Source: Opitutia bacterium (GTDB taxonomy: Bacteria > Verrucomicrobiota > Verrucomicrobiia > Opitutales > Opitutaceae). From it: 64,000 nucleotides of DNA. The position numbers were made by a program, and so were the translations under genes. The DNA is taken from NCBI GenBank assembly GCA_947478395.1, contig CANJVR010000002.1, positions 256,001 to 320,000 on the forward strand, in the 5' to 3' direction. The notes beneath the pieces are model-generated. The model was not told the DNA's origin, searched no databases, and was given only the letters and a program-made list of their open reading frames with translations. Position 1 is the first letter of the stretch. Each line of letters begins with the position of its first letter. Of the stretch, positions 50,789-60,650 are shown one piece after another.

Positions 50789-52543
50789 TTAGCGCGATTT
50801 CCAAACCTCGATCGACTGGGTTCGCGTCGGGCTAGGGCCAAACCAAATCTGCAGATCTGGGCTAGGATAATTCCGCGCGTTCACGGTTCGCGTATAAACT
50901 CCCTGAACCACACTGAACGCTAGGTTCGCCGAAGAGGTAAGGCCCTGTTCGTGGGTGGCGATCACCTCAAACGTGTAGACCCCGGTTGTAGTTGGAGTAA
51001 AAGGGTGACTTCCAATTAACGACGGAAGCGGTCCAATAAATCTACTCCATATAGTTGCTCCCGATGGTTTTATGACGCGCCAGTCGTAGTAGGCAATGTT
51101 ACCTTGGTTTGCATCGACCCGAGCATTTAAAGCGAGCACATCATTGGGGAATATGAGCGCTAGACTGGTGATGCTGAGGGAGATGGTGGGAGGCAATACT
51201 TCGGCTGTCGCAGTGCCGGTAAGATCGTAGGCGATGGTTGGGAGTAAACCATCTGTGGTTATGGCTACTAACCGTCCACTGCGCGATCCCAGCGCGGATC
51301 CCTGAGGATTAAAAGTAACGGTATTCGTGATGTTGGAGTCGCCGGCGATGCTTCCGAGATTCGAACTTACAGAAAAATCCGGTGAGCCACTGATAATTTG
51401 AACAGCGCGGAGTTCGATGGATCCGTTCCCGACATTAGCCATGATCAAATCGCGCAATGCACTATTTTTTCCCGTGCCGCTGGGGATCGAGGCGGGGCCG
51501 AAATCTATCGTCGATTGAGTGGTGATATTACTAACGTCCACAAATCTCGCTGTAAGACTGTAAGCCGCAGACATCAATATGGCGCCCGGGTTGGCGAGTG
51601 CCGAAGTAAGGCTTCCGGCGTCAGGACCATACCAGCCAGCGAAAACAAAACCTGCATTTGCAGAAGCTGCAGGAGTAGCGGTTGCGCCGCTGGCATAAAG
51701 GCCGGCCCCTGCGACGCTGCCACCAGAGTCGGAGGTTAGAGTTAAGGTGAAGGAGGGGGTTACCGTAATGCTCGCAGATGCTACGTTTGACGCTAGGTAG
51801 TTAGTGCTACTGAGGTTTTGGACGGTGACCGTGTACGTCCCAGCAACAGGAAAATAAACTGTTTTGGTTATTCCGGTTCCAGTGACGCCAGCGGTGCCAC
51901 CCCAACTGTAGCTATTAACTCCGCCCGATACCGTTAAGGTCACAGACTCGGTCGCTAAAATCGCCGATGACGTTGGGGTGATGACGATCGACTGAGGAGC
52001 CTTAGCGACCGAAAAAATCTGAGATACGTTAGTTGCGGCGCTGTAGAAAGTATTACCCGATTGTGAGGCCGCGACGGTTACGGTTCCAGCACCCGTCAGG
52101 GTGATCGTGTTGCCGCTAATTATTGCTGGGCCGCTTGAGATCGCCAAGCTTACGGGTAAGCCTGAGCTTGCAGTCGCTGAGACTGCAAATGGAGCGTCGC
52201 CATATGTTTTGTTTGGAATGGCTCCAAAACTGATCGTCTGAGCAATCTTGGCGATCGACCAGGCGACCTGGCTAGAGGTTCCGGTGTAATTCCCGGTCGC
52301 TGTCACCGTGACGGAGTAGGAGCCGACGTTGGTCGCGGTTGCCGTACCGGAGGTGGAGTAGGTGGCGCCTGCGGGCGAAGACGTGATGGTCGGGCCTTGA
52401 GCCGCGCCATTGTAGGTGAAGGTGGTAGGCGAGACGGTGAAGGTCGTCGGGATCGAGTTAAGATTAGCGGCTTGAGTGGTAAAATTTAACCCGGATATCA
52501 ACACCGCAGCTAAAACGAGGTTTTTTGTTTTAAAAAGAATCAT
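50789..52543 (-). CDS. Secreted Ig-like/MBG-like repeat surface protein with B-repeat and ASH-like domains
   Basis: Signal peptide, Thr/Ser/Gly/Ala-rich beta modules, QTISF..IPNKTYGDAPF...ATASSGLPV, GFVFAGW, and IDFG..N.G...TVTFNP..G.RSG.L. Confidence 0.8.
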   Translation of the reverse strand: MILFKTKNLVLAAVLISGLNFTTQAANLNSIPTTFTVSPTTFTYNGAAQGPTITSSPAGATYSTSGTATATNVGSYSVTVTATGNYTGTSSQVAWSIAKIAQTISFGAIPNKTYGDAPFAVSATASSGLPVSLAISSGPAIISGNTITLTGAGTVTVAASQSGNTFYSAATNVSQIFSVAKAPQSIVITPTSSAILATESVTLTVSGGVNSYSWGGTAGVTGTGITKTVYFPVAGTYTVTVQNLSSTNYLASNVASASITVTPSFTLTLTSDSGGSVAGAGLYASGATATPAASANAGFVFAGWYGPDAGSLTSALANPGAILMSAAYSLTARFVDVSNITTQSTIDFGPASIPSGTGKNSALRDLIMANVGNGSIELRAVQIISGSPDFSVSSNLGSIAGDSNITNTVTFNPQGSALGSRSGRLVAITTDGLLPTIAYDLTGTATAEVLPPTISLSITSLALIFPNDVLALNARVDANQGNIAYYDWRVIKPSGATIWSRFIGPLPSLIGSHPFTPTTTGVYTFEVIATHEQGLTSSANLAFSVVQGVYTRTVNARNYPSPDLQIWFGPSPTRTQSIEVWKSR

Positions 52544-55520
52544 GAAAAACTCCCCTTATAGGTTCCTTATGGCGGACCATGAAGGGACCAGAATCCCCTC
52601 CACTCCAAGGCCAGTTAGAACCAAGTTAAACGTAGGGTTATTTGTCGACGTGTTGATAATTGAGAGTGTCCCGGGGCGTGTTCCCGGCGCGGTCGCGTTG
52701 AATGTGATCGTCAGTGTCACCGAGGATCCCGCCCCTATAGTTACCGGATATGTCACGCCTCCAGCGTTGATCGATGTAATCGAAAAATCTCCGTTGGTCG
52801 AAGCGCCTGTAACACTCATTGAAATCCCCCCCGTATTACTGAGCGTAAAAGTCTGAGTTGAGGTGAGGGGGGATCCGGTATTAACGCGGATAGTGCCGAA
52901 GTCGGTGACACCGTAGACTGAAAGCAGAGCGGGTGGGACGACCGTAATGGTCGAGGTGGCAACGTTTGATGCCGCGTAGTTGCCGCCAGCCGAACTCTGC
53001 GCTGAGACCGTGAAGGCGCCTAGCGAAGAGAAGGTAATCGTTCTTGTGGCGCCGATACCGGAAGCCCCGGCGGTGCCGGACCAGGAGTAATTATTTTGGC
53101 CACCCGAAGGGGTAAAGGTGAGCGAAGTGCCTTGAACGACGGTTTGGTCGGAGGGGGCAAGGATCACAGTCGGGATGGCCTGAACGATGGACCATGAAAC
53201 CGAACTAGAACCGGAATAAAGGCCGGTTGCGTTGGCTGTGACAGAGAAATTCCCAACGTTAATAGCGGAAGTGGTTCCGCTGGTCGTGAAGGTGGCGCCC
53301 GCGGGCGACGGCGTGATGGTTGGACCTTGAGCCGCGCCATTATAGGTAAAGGTGGTAGGCGAGAAGGTAAATGAAGTGGCGATCGGGATAACCGTGAGTG
53401 TAAAGTTAGCCGTGGTGGCGGATTGATTGTAGTTACTATCGGCCGCTCTGTAGCATTTGAAAACGACGGTGCCGACGCTCGAAGCGGAGACGACGCCGGT
53501 GGAAGCGTTAATCGCGGCGCCGGCTGCGGTAGAACCTGTGCCCAACGCCCAGACGATGGCCCCGCTGCCATTACCGCCGCTAGCTGTCGCTGTGTAGGAG
53601 TTGCCAACCGTGCTCGTTGAACTCGAGGTGATCGAGACAGCGCCTTGGTTGGCTTTCGTGATCGTCCAGGCGACCGCGCCAGAAGTCCCGGTGTAATTCC
53701 CATTCGCCGTGGCCGTGACGGAGTAGGAACCGACGTTGGTCGCGGTGGCGGTACCCGAGGTCAAATAGGTGGTGGCGGCGGGTGACGGCGTGATGGTCGG
53801 GCCTTGAGCCGCGCCATTATAGGTAAAAGTGGTAGGCGAGACGGTATACCAGGTGGCGATCGGGATAACCGTGAGTGTAAAGTTAGCCGTGGTCGCGGAT
53901 TGATTATAGTTACCATCGGCCGCTCTGTAGCAGTTGAAAACAACGGTGCCGACGCTCAGAGCGGTGACAACGCCGGTGGAAGCGTTAATCGCGGCGCCGG
54001 CTGCGGTCGATCCAGGACCCAGCGCCCAGACGATGGCTCCGCTGCCACTACCGCCGCTAGCTGTCGCCGTGTAGGAGTTGCCGAGCGTGCTCGTCGTATT
54101 AGAGGTGATCGAGACGGCGCCCTGATTAGCTTTCGCGATGGTCCAAGCGACCGCGCCAGAGGTCCCGGAGTAAATTCCATTCGCGGTGGCCGTGACGGAG
54201 TAGGAACCGACGTTAGTCGCGGTTGCCGTTCCGGAGATGGAGTAGGTGGCGCCCGCGGGCGACGGCGTGATGGTCGGGCCTTGGGTTGAACCCGAGTAAA
54301 CGAAGCTGAGGGGACTAATCGAAAAAGTAGCCGTGACAGGTAAAACGGTGATCGTGGCAGTAGCTACGTTTGAAGCATTCCAGTTAGCGCCGCCCGGATC
54401 CTGCACGGTGACGGTGAATGTGCCGATCGTGGTAAAGGAAACCGTGGTGGTAGCCCCGGCGCCGGCGGCCCCGGCAGATCCAGCCCAAATGTAGCTATTT
54501 TGCCCGCCGGAAGCATTAAAGGTGATTGAGCCACCTACGGTGACCGATGGAGCAGTGGGTGAAATCAATACACTCTGCGTGCCCTTGCCGATCGTCCACG
54601 CGACGGCGCCAGAGCTTCCAGTGTAACTGCCGTTCGCCGTGGCCGTGACGGAGTAGGAACCGGCGTTCGTCGCGGTTGCTGTACCGGAGGTGGAGTAGGT
54701 GGCGCCCGCGGGCGACGGCGTGATGGTCGGGCCTTGAGCCGCGCCAGTATAGGTAAAGGTGGTGGGCGAGACGGTAAATGAGACGGTAGGCTGGCTACTA
54801 ATGGTAAGAGTAAAATTAGCCGTAGTGGCGGACTGATTGTAGTTACTATCGGCCGCTCTGTAGCATTTGAAAACGACGGTGCCGATGCTCGAAGCGGAGA
54901 CAACGCCGGTGGAAGCGTTAATTGCGGCGCCGGCTGCGGTAGAACCTGTGCCGAGCGCCCAGACAATAGCCCCGCTGCCATTACCGCCGCTGGCTGTCGC
55001 CGTGTAGGAGTTGCCGAGCGTGCTCGTCGAACTCGAGGTGATCGAGACGACGCCCTGGTTAGCTTTCGCGATTGTCCAAGCGACGGCGCCAGAGCTTCCG
55101 GTGTAATTGCCGTTCGCCGTCGCCGTGACGGAGTAGGAACCGGCGTTCGTCGCGCTTGCGGTACCCGTGGTCGTGTAGGTGGTGGCCGCGGGCGACGGTG
55201 TGATGGTCGGGCCTTGAGCCGCGCCATTATAGGTAAAAGTGGTAGGCGTTACAGAAAACGTGGCTGGAGTGGCCCCAGTTGTTACCGTGATATTTGCAGT
55301 GGCATCAGCCGACGCATTCCAGTCGGAGTTTCCGGGGTCTTTAACGGTTACGGTAAAGGAGCCGGTCGTGGGAAAAGTAACGGTCTTGGTTGCGCCTGTC
55401 CCAGTTGCTCCAGAGGTGCCACCCCATACGTACCCCGTTTGTGCGCCTGAGGCGGTAAAAGTAATCGACTGCCCAGCCGTGATCGTCCGAGCGGTCGGGG
55501 ATATGGTTACATTGGTCGAC
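52253..55520 (-). repeat. Intragenic and intergenic modular repeats in the two adhesin genes
   Basis: Module B (267 bp) at 54803-55069, 53870-54136 and 53393-53659. Module A core (GPTIT(P/S)SP) near 55200, 54720, 54270, 53790, 53315 and 52385. Module C (S..F..SG....Y.W.G..G) occurs three times in the large gene and once in the small one. Confidence 0.85.
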
Positions 55521-56236
55521 CCTTTGTTTACAATAATGGTAGCCGTCGATGGAGTAACGGTCTGCCACCAAGTCCAATTAGATTCGATGGTGGTGCGTAC
55601 ATAGGTTTTAAATATGTAGGTGCCCGCGGCTGATGGACTAAAAGTATAATCAATATTGCCGGGACCGTACCCCGCCACTATAGTTTGAGCCCCACTAGGA
55701 TCTGTCATGTCGATCCGATTTTGGACCAGGAAATCAACTCCCGTATCCAAGGAATAAAGGCCGTGAACAACCGTAGATTGTCCTAGGTTGAGCACCGAGG
55801 TATCAGATCTCACCCAAGCCTTAACAGGGTTTGCTACTTTAACCGTAAAAGACGTCGTGGAATTGAACCACCCGAACCCGGCTTCCAAGCCACAATAATA
55901 GTAAGTGTAGGTCTGGGGAATGCCTGGTGCTTGCCAGGTGAACGTCCCGCTCCGGCTGGCCCCTAGGCCTACGCCATTGGCCGAGATTGAGGACTTTGCA
56001 TTGAAGGAACCGTCGCGAACCATCGCATAGTGATTCGAGTCAAAAGGTTTGGAGCCATTGTTGGTGAAAGTGGCATCGGCCGTAAAGTAGGTATCGGGAT
56101 AAACGGGGCCATGCACTGTAAACGAAGTGTAGGCGATTGAGTTCTCTTGTATCGGAGGGATTGATTTAAGTTCAGTTTTCGTCCCTATAACGATAAATAC
56201 GACTACAAGCGCCAAATAATTAAAAATGCTCTTCAT
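52556..56236 (-). CDS. Large secreted repeat adhesin-like protein (~1226 aa) with C-terminal ASH-like domain
   Basis: Hydrophobic N-terminus, tandem beta-rich repeats, and terminal DFG..TFTLSNTG..TITFNATAPGTR.GTLSI..L.LTG.G. Confidence 0.85.
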   Translation of the reverse strand: MKSIFNYLALVVVFIVIGTKTELKSIPPIQENSIAYTSFTVHGPVYPDTYFTADATFTNNGSKPFDSNHYAMVRDGSFNAKSSISANGVGLGASRSGTFTWQAPGIPQTYTYYYCGLEAGFGWFNSTTSFTVKVANPVKAWVRSDTSVLNLGQSTVVHGLYSLDTGVDFLVQNRIDMTDPSGAQTIVAGYGPGNIDYTFSPSAAGTYIFKTYVRTTIESNWTWWQTVTPSTATIIVNKGSTNVTISPTARTITAGQSITFTASGAQTGYVWGGTSGATGTGATKTVTFPTTGSFTVTVKDPGNSDWNASADATANITVTTGATPATFSVTPTTFTYNGAAQGPTITPSPAATTYTTTGTASATNAGSYSVTATANGNYTGSSGAVAWTIAKANQGVVSITSSSTSTLGNSYTATASGGNGSGAIVWALGTGSTAAGAAINASTGVVSASSIGTVVFKCYRAADSNYNQSATTANFTLTISSQPTVSFTVSPTTFTYTGAAQGPTITPSPAGATYSTSGTATATNAGSYSVTATANGSYTGSSGAVAWTIGKGTQSVLISPTAPSVTVGGSITFNASGGQNSYIWAGSAGAAGAGATTTVSFTTIGTFTVTVQDPGGANWNASNVATATITVLPVTATFSISPLSFVYSGSTQGPTITPSPAGATYSISGTATATNVGSYSVTATANGIYSGTSGAVAWTIAKANQGAVSITSNTTSTLGNSYTATASGGSGSGAIVWALGPGSTAAGAAINASTGVVTALSVGTVVFNCYRAADGNYNQSATTANFTLTVIPIATWYTVSPTTFTYNGAAQGPTITPSPAATTYLTSGTATATNVGSYSVTATANGNYTGTSGAVAWTITKANQGAVSITSSSTSTVGNSYTATASGGNGSGAIVWALGTGSTAAGAAINASTGVVSASSVGTVVFKCYRAADSNYNQSATTANFTLTVIPIATSFTFSPTTFTYNGAAQGPTITPSPAGATFTTSGTTSAINVGNFSVTANATGLYSGSSSVSWSIVQAIPTVILAPSDQTVVQGTSLTFTPSGGQNNYSWSGTAGASGIGATRTITFSSLGAFTVSAQSSAGGNYAASNVATSTITVVPPALLSVYGVTDFGTIRVNTGSPLTSTQTFTLSNTGGISMSVTGASTNGDFSITSINAGGVTYPVTIGAGSSVTLTITFNATAPGTRPGTLSIINTSTNNPTFNLVLTGLGVEGILVPSWSAIRNL

Positions 56237-56585
56237 AATTACCCGGTTATTGCGCCGGTAAGACGCGAGAAACATTTACGCCGGAGCCACATTTTTTTGG
56301 CGCCACTGCGGACACCAACGCAGCGTGAGTTTTCTGCCGGTCTGGAATCCCGAAGGAGGCAGCGCCTGCCGGCACGCTTCGCTCGGCGATCGGTCGGCAC
56401 AGTGCGATTTCCATTCCCCAAGTATGGGGGGGGCAGCCGGCTCAAACGTCGCTAGTACTCCCCAAGGGGCGACGCGCTTGCATGCCGCACCGCGCGGTCC
56501 CGACTCCATTTCTGGGGTCAAAGGGTGAAAACCCATCCGCCTCGGTGAAAGACGGCGGGCTCGCTCCTGAAATTCTACTTTTGAC

Positions 56586-57104
56586 TTACGGCTTCGTAGC
56601 CACCGGAGCGGCCGTTTTGGACGGTCCAACTTTCTCGAGCGCTTTTTGGATTTTATCGCCCACCTCTTTGGCCCCTAGATCTGATTCTAAGGCCTTTTTG
56701 CGCAAGACTTCCAATTCGGCCTGTAATACCTGCATCTCTTTAACGTGGACCATGATTTTGTCGTTCAGGATTTTGATTTCCGGCTGGTTACGCAGGTAGG
56801 TCTGGTATTCGACATATTTTTTGAACTCTTCGACCGTCACAACACCCTCGAGGTACTTCGGAAGCGGCGCCTCTTGAATTGGGGCCGCGGGGGCAGGGGC
56901 TGAAGAGCCAAGTTTAGGGGCCAACTTACCGGCGGGAGCTTGCGGTGCAATCGCCGCCGGCATCGGCTGCTTACTCATCGATGATGCTGGGGCGATATTG
57001 GCTTGGGCGATCACCGGAATTTGAAAAGCACAGGCGAAATTTGGCGCTAACAGGAAGCTGGCCAAAATGCTGATCCTGATTGAGCGAGATTTTAGCATTT
57101 CCAT
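56586..57104 (-). CDS. Secreted hypothetical protein with Pro/Ala linker and coiled coil
   Basis: Signal peptide (ACA-F), PA-rich linker and a helical C-terminus. Co-oriented within the pilus cluster. Confidence 0.7.
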   Translation of the reverse strand: MEMLKSRSIRISILASFLLAPNFACAFQIPVIAQANIAPASSMSKQPMPAAIAPQAPAGKLAPKLGSSAPAPAAPIQEAPLPKYLEGVVTVEEFKKYVEYQTYLRNQPEIKILNDKIMVHVKEMQVLQAELEVLRKKALESDLGAKEVGDKIQKALEKVGPSKTAAPVATKP

Positions 57105-57153
57105 AAAAAGGTTCCGGGCGCAACGAAGTCAGACGGGGCAAAGGCCTGCTTTG

Positions 57154-58482
57154 TTATTTGGCCCCTCCCTTGAGCGCATCAAGGAGTAGGGTAAATGTCG
57201 GCAGAAACACCGCCATAACGAGTGCGCCTATAATAACGGTCGCAAGGACTGTGACCAACGGGCCGAGCAGCTTTGGCAGGGCATCTAATTTGGCGTCGGC
57301 GGTTTCCTTCAAAATGGTGGCCGTTACACTCAAAGACTCGGAAATCTGGCCAGTCACGCTGGCGGATTCCATGCGCGCCGCAATATCAGCTCCTTCGGGA
57401 CCGATCCGATGACGTTCCGACATGAAAGCCGAAAAGGGCTTTCTGCCTTTGAGCAGCTGTTTTAAAACTTCATGAAAAAAATCGCTGTATTCGTAATGAC
57501 CGGAAACTTTAGCGGCTAGTTTGTAGCAACGCTCAAGGGGAACAGCCTCGGCGTTAAGCAGGGCCAAAGCGTCAAGCGCACGCGCCATGATGATCAGCCG
57601 GTAGGCCGTACCGACCACTGGAACGCGAACAGAGAAACGCTGGAACCATTTGGCGGCAAAAATAGCTCTCCAGCCAAAAAATATCGTTATAAAACTCCCA
57701 ATGGGAATCGCCCAGATGACGGGATAATTGCGAATAAAGTTCGAGACGCCGACCACGATTTGCGTGGGAAGGGGGAGGACGCTGCCGTTGAGCCGAATGG
57801 CTTTGAAATTATCCTCTAAAGTCGGGAAGACGAAGAAATGCAGGATCGTCATCGCCGCGAAAACGAAAAACAGCGTCACGCCGGGGGTCACGAGCGCTGA
57901 GAGGAATTTGCTAGTCAAACTGCGTGACGAAGCGGAGCGCACGGCAAGCCGCGCAAAAATCACGGCTTGCTGGCCGGAAGTTTCACCCGCTCGCACGAGG
58001 GCGACCGCGACCTCATCAAAAGCGGACGGAAATTGCTCCATGGCCTCGCCCAATTTTTGGCCATGCTGCTCTAGCAGATAGCGTAATCCGGACATGACGC
58101 CGCGGAAGTACGGCGATTTGCAAAGCGGCGTAACGAGCTTGAGCGACTGCGCGGGCGGTAGGCCTGCGCGCAGGCAGCGCTCCATTTCAGAAAAAAACGA
58201 TTCAAGTTCTGGGCCTGATACGCGTTTTGACGTCGTGGCCCGAGTGAGGCTCGCGCTAGCCGCGTCAAACGGATGCGGCGTCACAACCTCATCGGCCGCG
58301 GCACCGGTGCTTGAGGCGGCGTACTGAGGGAAAGGGGCCAAAACGATGACGACTCGCTCCGTATTGCGGTAGCGGACGCGAAAGCGCATGGCCTTCCAGG
58401 TCGAAGGCGGGCCTGCGCGTGGCACCCGCGAAGCCACGGCCTGCGTTTGCACCGTTGGCGCACCGAGTGGATCTGATGTCAT
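57154..58482 (-). CDS. pilC: Type II secretion system F / PilC platform protein
   Basis: AGLP..QSL, FP..FD....LVRAGETSG, LPLPTQI, two T2SSF halves and AVFLP.F. Confidence 0.85.
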   Translation of the reverse strand: MTSDPLGAPTVQTQAVASRVPRAGPPSTWKAMRFRVRYRNTERVVIVLAPFPQYAASSTGAAADEVVTPHPFDAASASLTRATTSKRVSGPELESFFSEMERCLRAGLPPAQSLKLVTPLCKSPYFRGVMSGLRYLLEQHGQKLGEAMEQFPSAFDEVAVALVRAGETSGQQAVIFARLAVRSASSRSLTSKFLSALVTPGVTLFFVFAAMTILHFFVFPTLEDNFKAIRLNGSVLPLPTQIVVGVSNFIRNYPVIWAIPIGSFITIFFGWRAIFAAKWFQRFSVRVPVVGTAYRLIIMARALDALALLNAEAVPLERCYKLAAKVSGHYEYSDFFHEVLKQLLKGRKPFSAFMSERHRIGPEGADIAARMESASVTGQISESLSVTATILKETADAKLDALPKLLGPLVTVLATVIIGALVMAVFLPTFTLLLDALKGGAK

Positions 58483-58487
58483 CGCTA

Positions 58488-58495
58488 AATTAAAT
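58488..58495 (-). promoter_or_regulatory. Variant island motif ATTTAATT, 5 nt before the pilC ATG
   Basis: Minus strand reads ccgcgATTTAATTtagcgATG. Confidence 0.45.
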
Positions 58496-58504
58496 CGCGG
58501 TCGG

Positions 58505-60628
58505 TCAATCCCAGCCGCTGGTGAGTCGGGCCGCTTCCGTGATGCTGATTATGCCGGCTGCCGCTTTGACTAACGTGTGGTAGGAGAGCGGCCGAAATCC
58601 CTCCTGTTTGCAGATATCCTGGATTTCAGATTCGCTGGCCTTCTGGATAACAGCCCGACGTAGCCGGCGGTTAAATTTAACAATTTCAAAAATCGGCAGT
58701 AAGCCCCGAATCCCGTTATGGCACTGCGGGCAGCCGTCGTGATTGGGTTCGAATATTGAGGTGGGCGCAGTTATTTCGGCGCGGGCAAAAATTGCTTTGT
58801 CCTGATCGTCCGGCGTGCGGTGAATTTTACAGTTTGGGCACAGCCGTGGGACGAGGCGTTGCGCGATCAGCGTCAGAAGCGAACCGTCAAGCTCGTGAGC
58901 CGGAATCCCCATCCCGAGCAGTCGAGCGATGGTCTCGACCGCGCCATTGGTGTGAAGGGTTGAAAAAACCAAGTGGCCGGTTCGAGCCGCTTCAATGGCC
59001 GTCGTGGCGGTTTCGAGGTCGCGAATTTCACCGACTAGAATGACATCCGGATCTTGCCGCAAAAACACTTTCAAGGCTCTCGCAAAGGGAACGTGTTTGG
59101 TGACGGAGATTTGTTGGACTCCATCGATGGTGTATTCGACCGGGTCTTCGATGGTAATAATTTTTTGCGGTTCCTTATTGGAGGGATCCAAACCTCCGGT
59201 CGCAAGGTGCTTGAGCATCGCGTTGAGCGTGGTCGTTTTGCCCGAGCCCGTCGGGCCCGTAACTAAAACGATGCCGTCCGGTTTGCCCATGGTCGCCAGC
59301 AGGATCTGCAATTCCTCCTTTTCCAGCATCAGATCGTTGAGGGATTTTACGCCTCCGTCTTTGGGCAAGAAACGTAAGACCGCAAAACCTTGCCCAGAAA
59401 TAGCGGCGTCGCCGGCCGGTAGAATACTGACTCGAACATCGAAGTACTTATCGTCGAGGCGGAGCGTGAATTTGCCGTCGACCGGTTGGAGGTCTCCCCC
59501 GTTGGCATCGATGTACACGCGCAGCAACTGGATCAGAGCGGCCAGGCGATCCAGCTTGAACCGGCCGGAATCGAGGTAACGCATGGTGCCGTGCTGACGA
59601 ATGCGCATGCTGCCCATTCCAGCCGACGAATCGATGTGCAAGTCGGAGGCCCCTGCAGCGATTGCGCGTAGGCACGCCAACTGGAGCAGCGTCGTGTCGC
59701 TGATGTTTTGGGCGTCGATGCGAATTTTGGCCAAGTCCTTTTGCTTGATCGTCATCTTGGCGACCACCGCAACTGCCGCCTGGATCACGCCACGATTAAC
59801 CGTGGTTGGGACGATCGCCTGCTTTGCTGCGCGCTTCGTGATGACCGAGCGCGCGCTGGCCGGGCACAAAATCAACGCGAGGCGCGCGTTGGCCGCGGTC
59901 CCGGTGCGGACGGTTTTCCAAGCGCTTTGGATAGATTTGGGCTGGGAGCCGTAAGCGGTATTAGGCCCAGCGGCGTAGAGGGTTTCCCCCTCAAAGACTA
60001 TGGGGATGAGTTGGTGTTCGGTCGCAAAGCTTTCCGGCATCAGCTCGGCAACACCGGGCGGAACCGAGAACGATGTCAGGTCGAGCAACGGGCAATCGTG
60101 TTGGATCGACAGGATCGCCTCACGCCAGCCCGCCGGGAGAGCTTCGAGTAATTGAGTAGGTTCGGTAACGCCCGAACCCAAGATGGCTTCAATGGCCAGC
60201 TGATCAGCTTTAGCTCCGGGAAAACGGGCTAGCGTCTGCACTAGCTGCCGCGTGCCCTCGATTCCGTGCTTTTCATTTGGTAGACGGATTTGAGCGGAAT
60301 CAAATTCGTACTCTTGGACATCGGGCGAACAAAGCCGATCCGCGGTAAGCACGCTAAGAACCTTATGCGATTCTAACGAGATACGGGTGAGGCCGAACGC
60401 CCAGAGAGGAAACTTAGGCGGTGCCGCGCTTTCGGGACTGGGATGTCCGAGCACGACCATGGGGCCAACGCGTCCTACCGGCACCCACATGTTGTCGGCT
60501 GGCGTTTGATCCATGTACGCCAGGCTCCAAGCGCAATACATGGCGAGCGCTTCGACCGGCGGCTGCGTCAACTCAATCGGGCAAGGCGCAATACGGGCTT
60601 TCAGGTCTTCGGTGATAGCAATCGGCAT
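58505..60628 (-). CDS. pilB: GspE/PilB-family assembly ATPase
   Basis: ASDLHI, GPTGSGKTTT, IEDPVEY, LRQDPDVILVGEIRD, GHLVFSTLHTN, AQRLV and the tetracysteine CPNC..CPQC. Confidence 0.9.
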   Translation of the reverse strand: MPIAITEDLKARIAPCPIELTQPPVEALAMYCAWSLAYMDQTPADNMWVPVGRVGPMVVLGHPSPESAAPPKFPLWAFGLTRISLESHKVLSVLTADRLCSPDVQEYEFDSAQIRLPNEKHGIEGTRQLVQTLARFPGAKADQLAIEAILGSGVTEPTQLLEALPAGWREAILSIQHDCPLLDLTSFSVPPGVAELMPESFATEHQLIPIVFEGETLYAAGPNTAYGSQPKSIQSAWKTVRTGTAANARLALILCPASARSVITKRAAKQAIVPTTVNRGVIQAAVAVVAKMTIKQKDLAKIRIDAQNISDTTLLQLACLRAIAAGASDLHIDSSAGMGSMRIRQHGTMRYLDSGRFKLDRLAALIQLLRVYIDANGGDLQPVDGKFTLRLDDKYFDVRVSILPAGDAAISGQGFAVLRFLPKDGGVKSLNDLMLEKEELQILLATMGKPDGIVLVTGPTGSGKTTTLNAMLKHLATGGLDPSNKEPQKIITIEDPVEYTIDGVQQISVTKHVPFARALKVFLRQDPDVILVGEIRDLETATTAIEAARTGHLVFSTLHTNGAVETIARLLGMGIPAHELDGSLLTLIAQRLVPRLCPNCKIHRTPDDQDKAIFARAEITAPTSIFEPNHDGCPQCHNGIRGLLPIFEIVKFNRRLRRAVIQKASESEIQDICKQEGFRPLSYHTLVKAAAGIISITEAARLTSGWD

Positions 60629-60650
60629 CTTGTGACTCCAGTGAGCGCGA

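Noticed and set aside
53186..55260. Regularly recurring DNA repeats as a CRISPR array or DGR template/variable repeat
   Set aside because: The repeats are long, in-frame protein modules differing mostly at synonymous sites. There are no unique spacers, cas genes or reverse transcriptase in the window.
56520..56570. c-di-GMP-I riboswitch-like GAAA hairpin
   Set aside because: It is on the strand opposite to the adhesin genes and lacks the GACGCAAAGC receptor and second-stem consensus.
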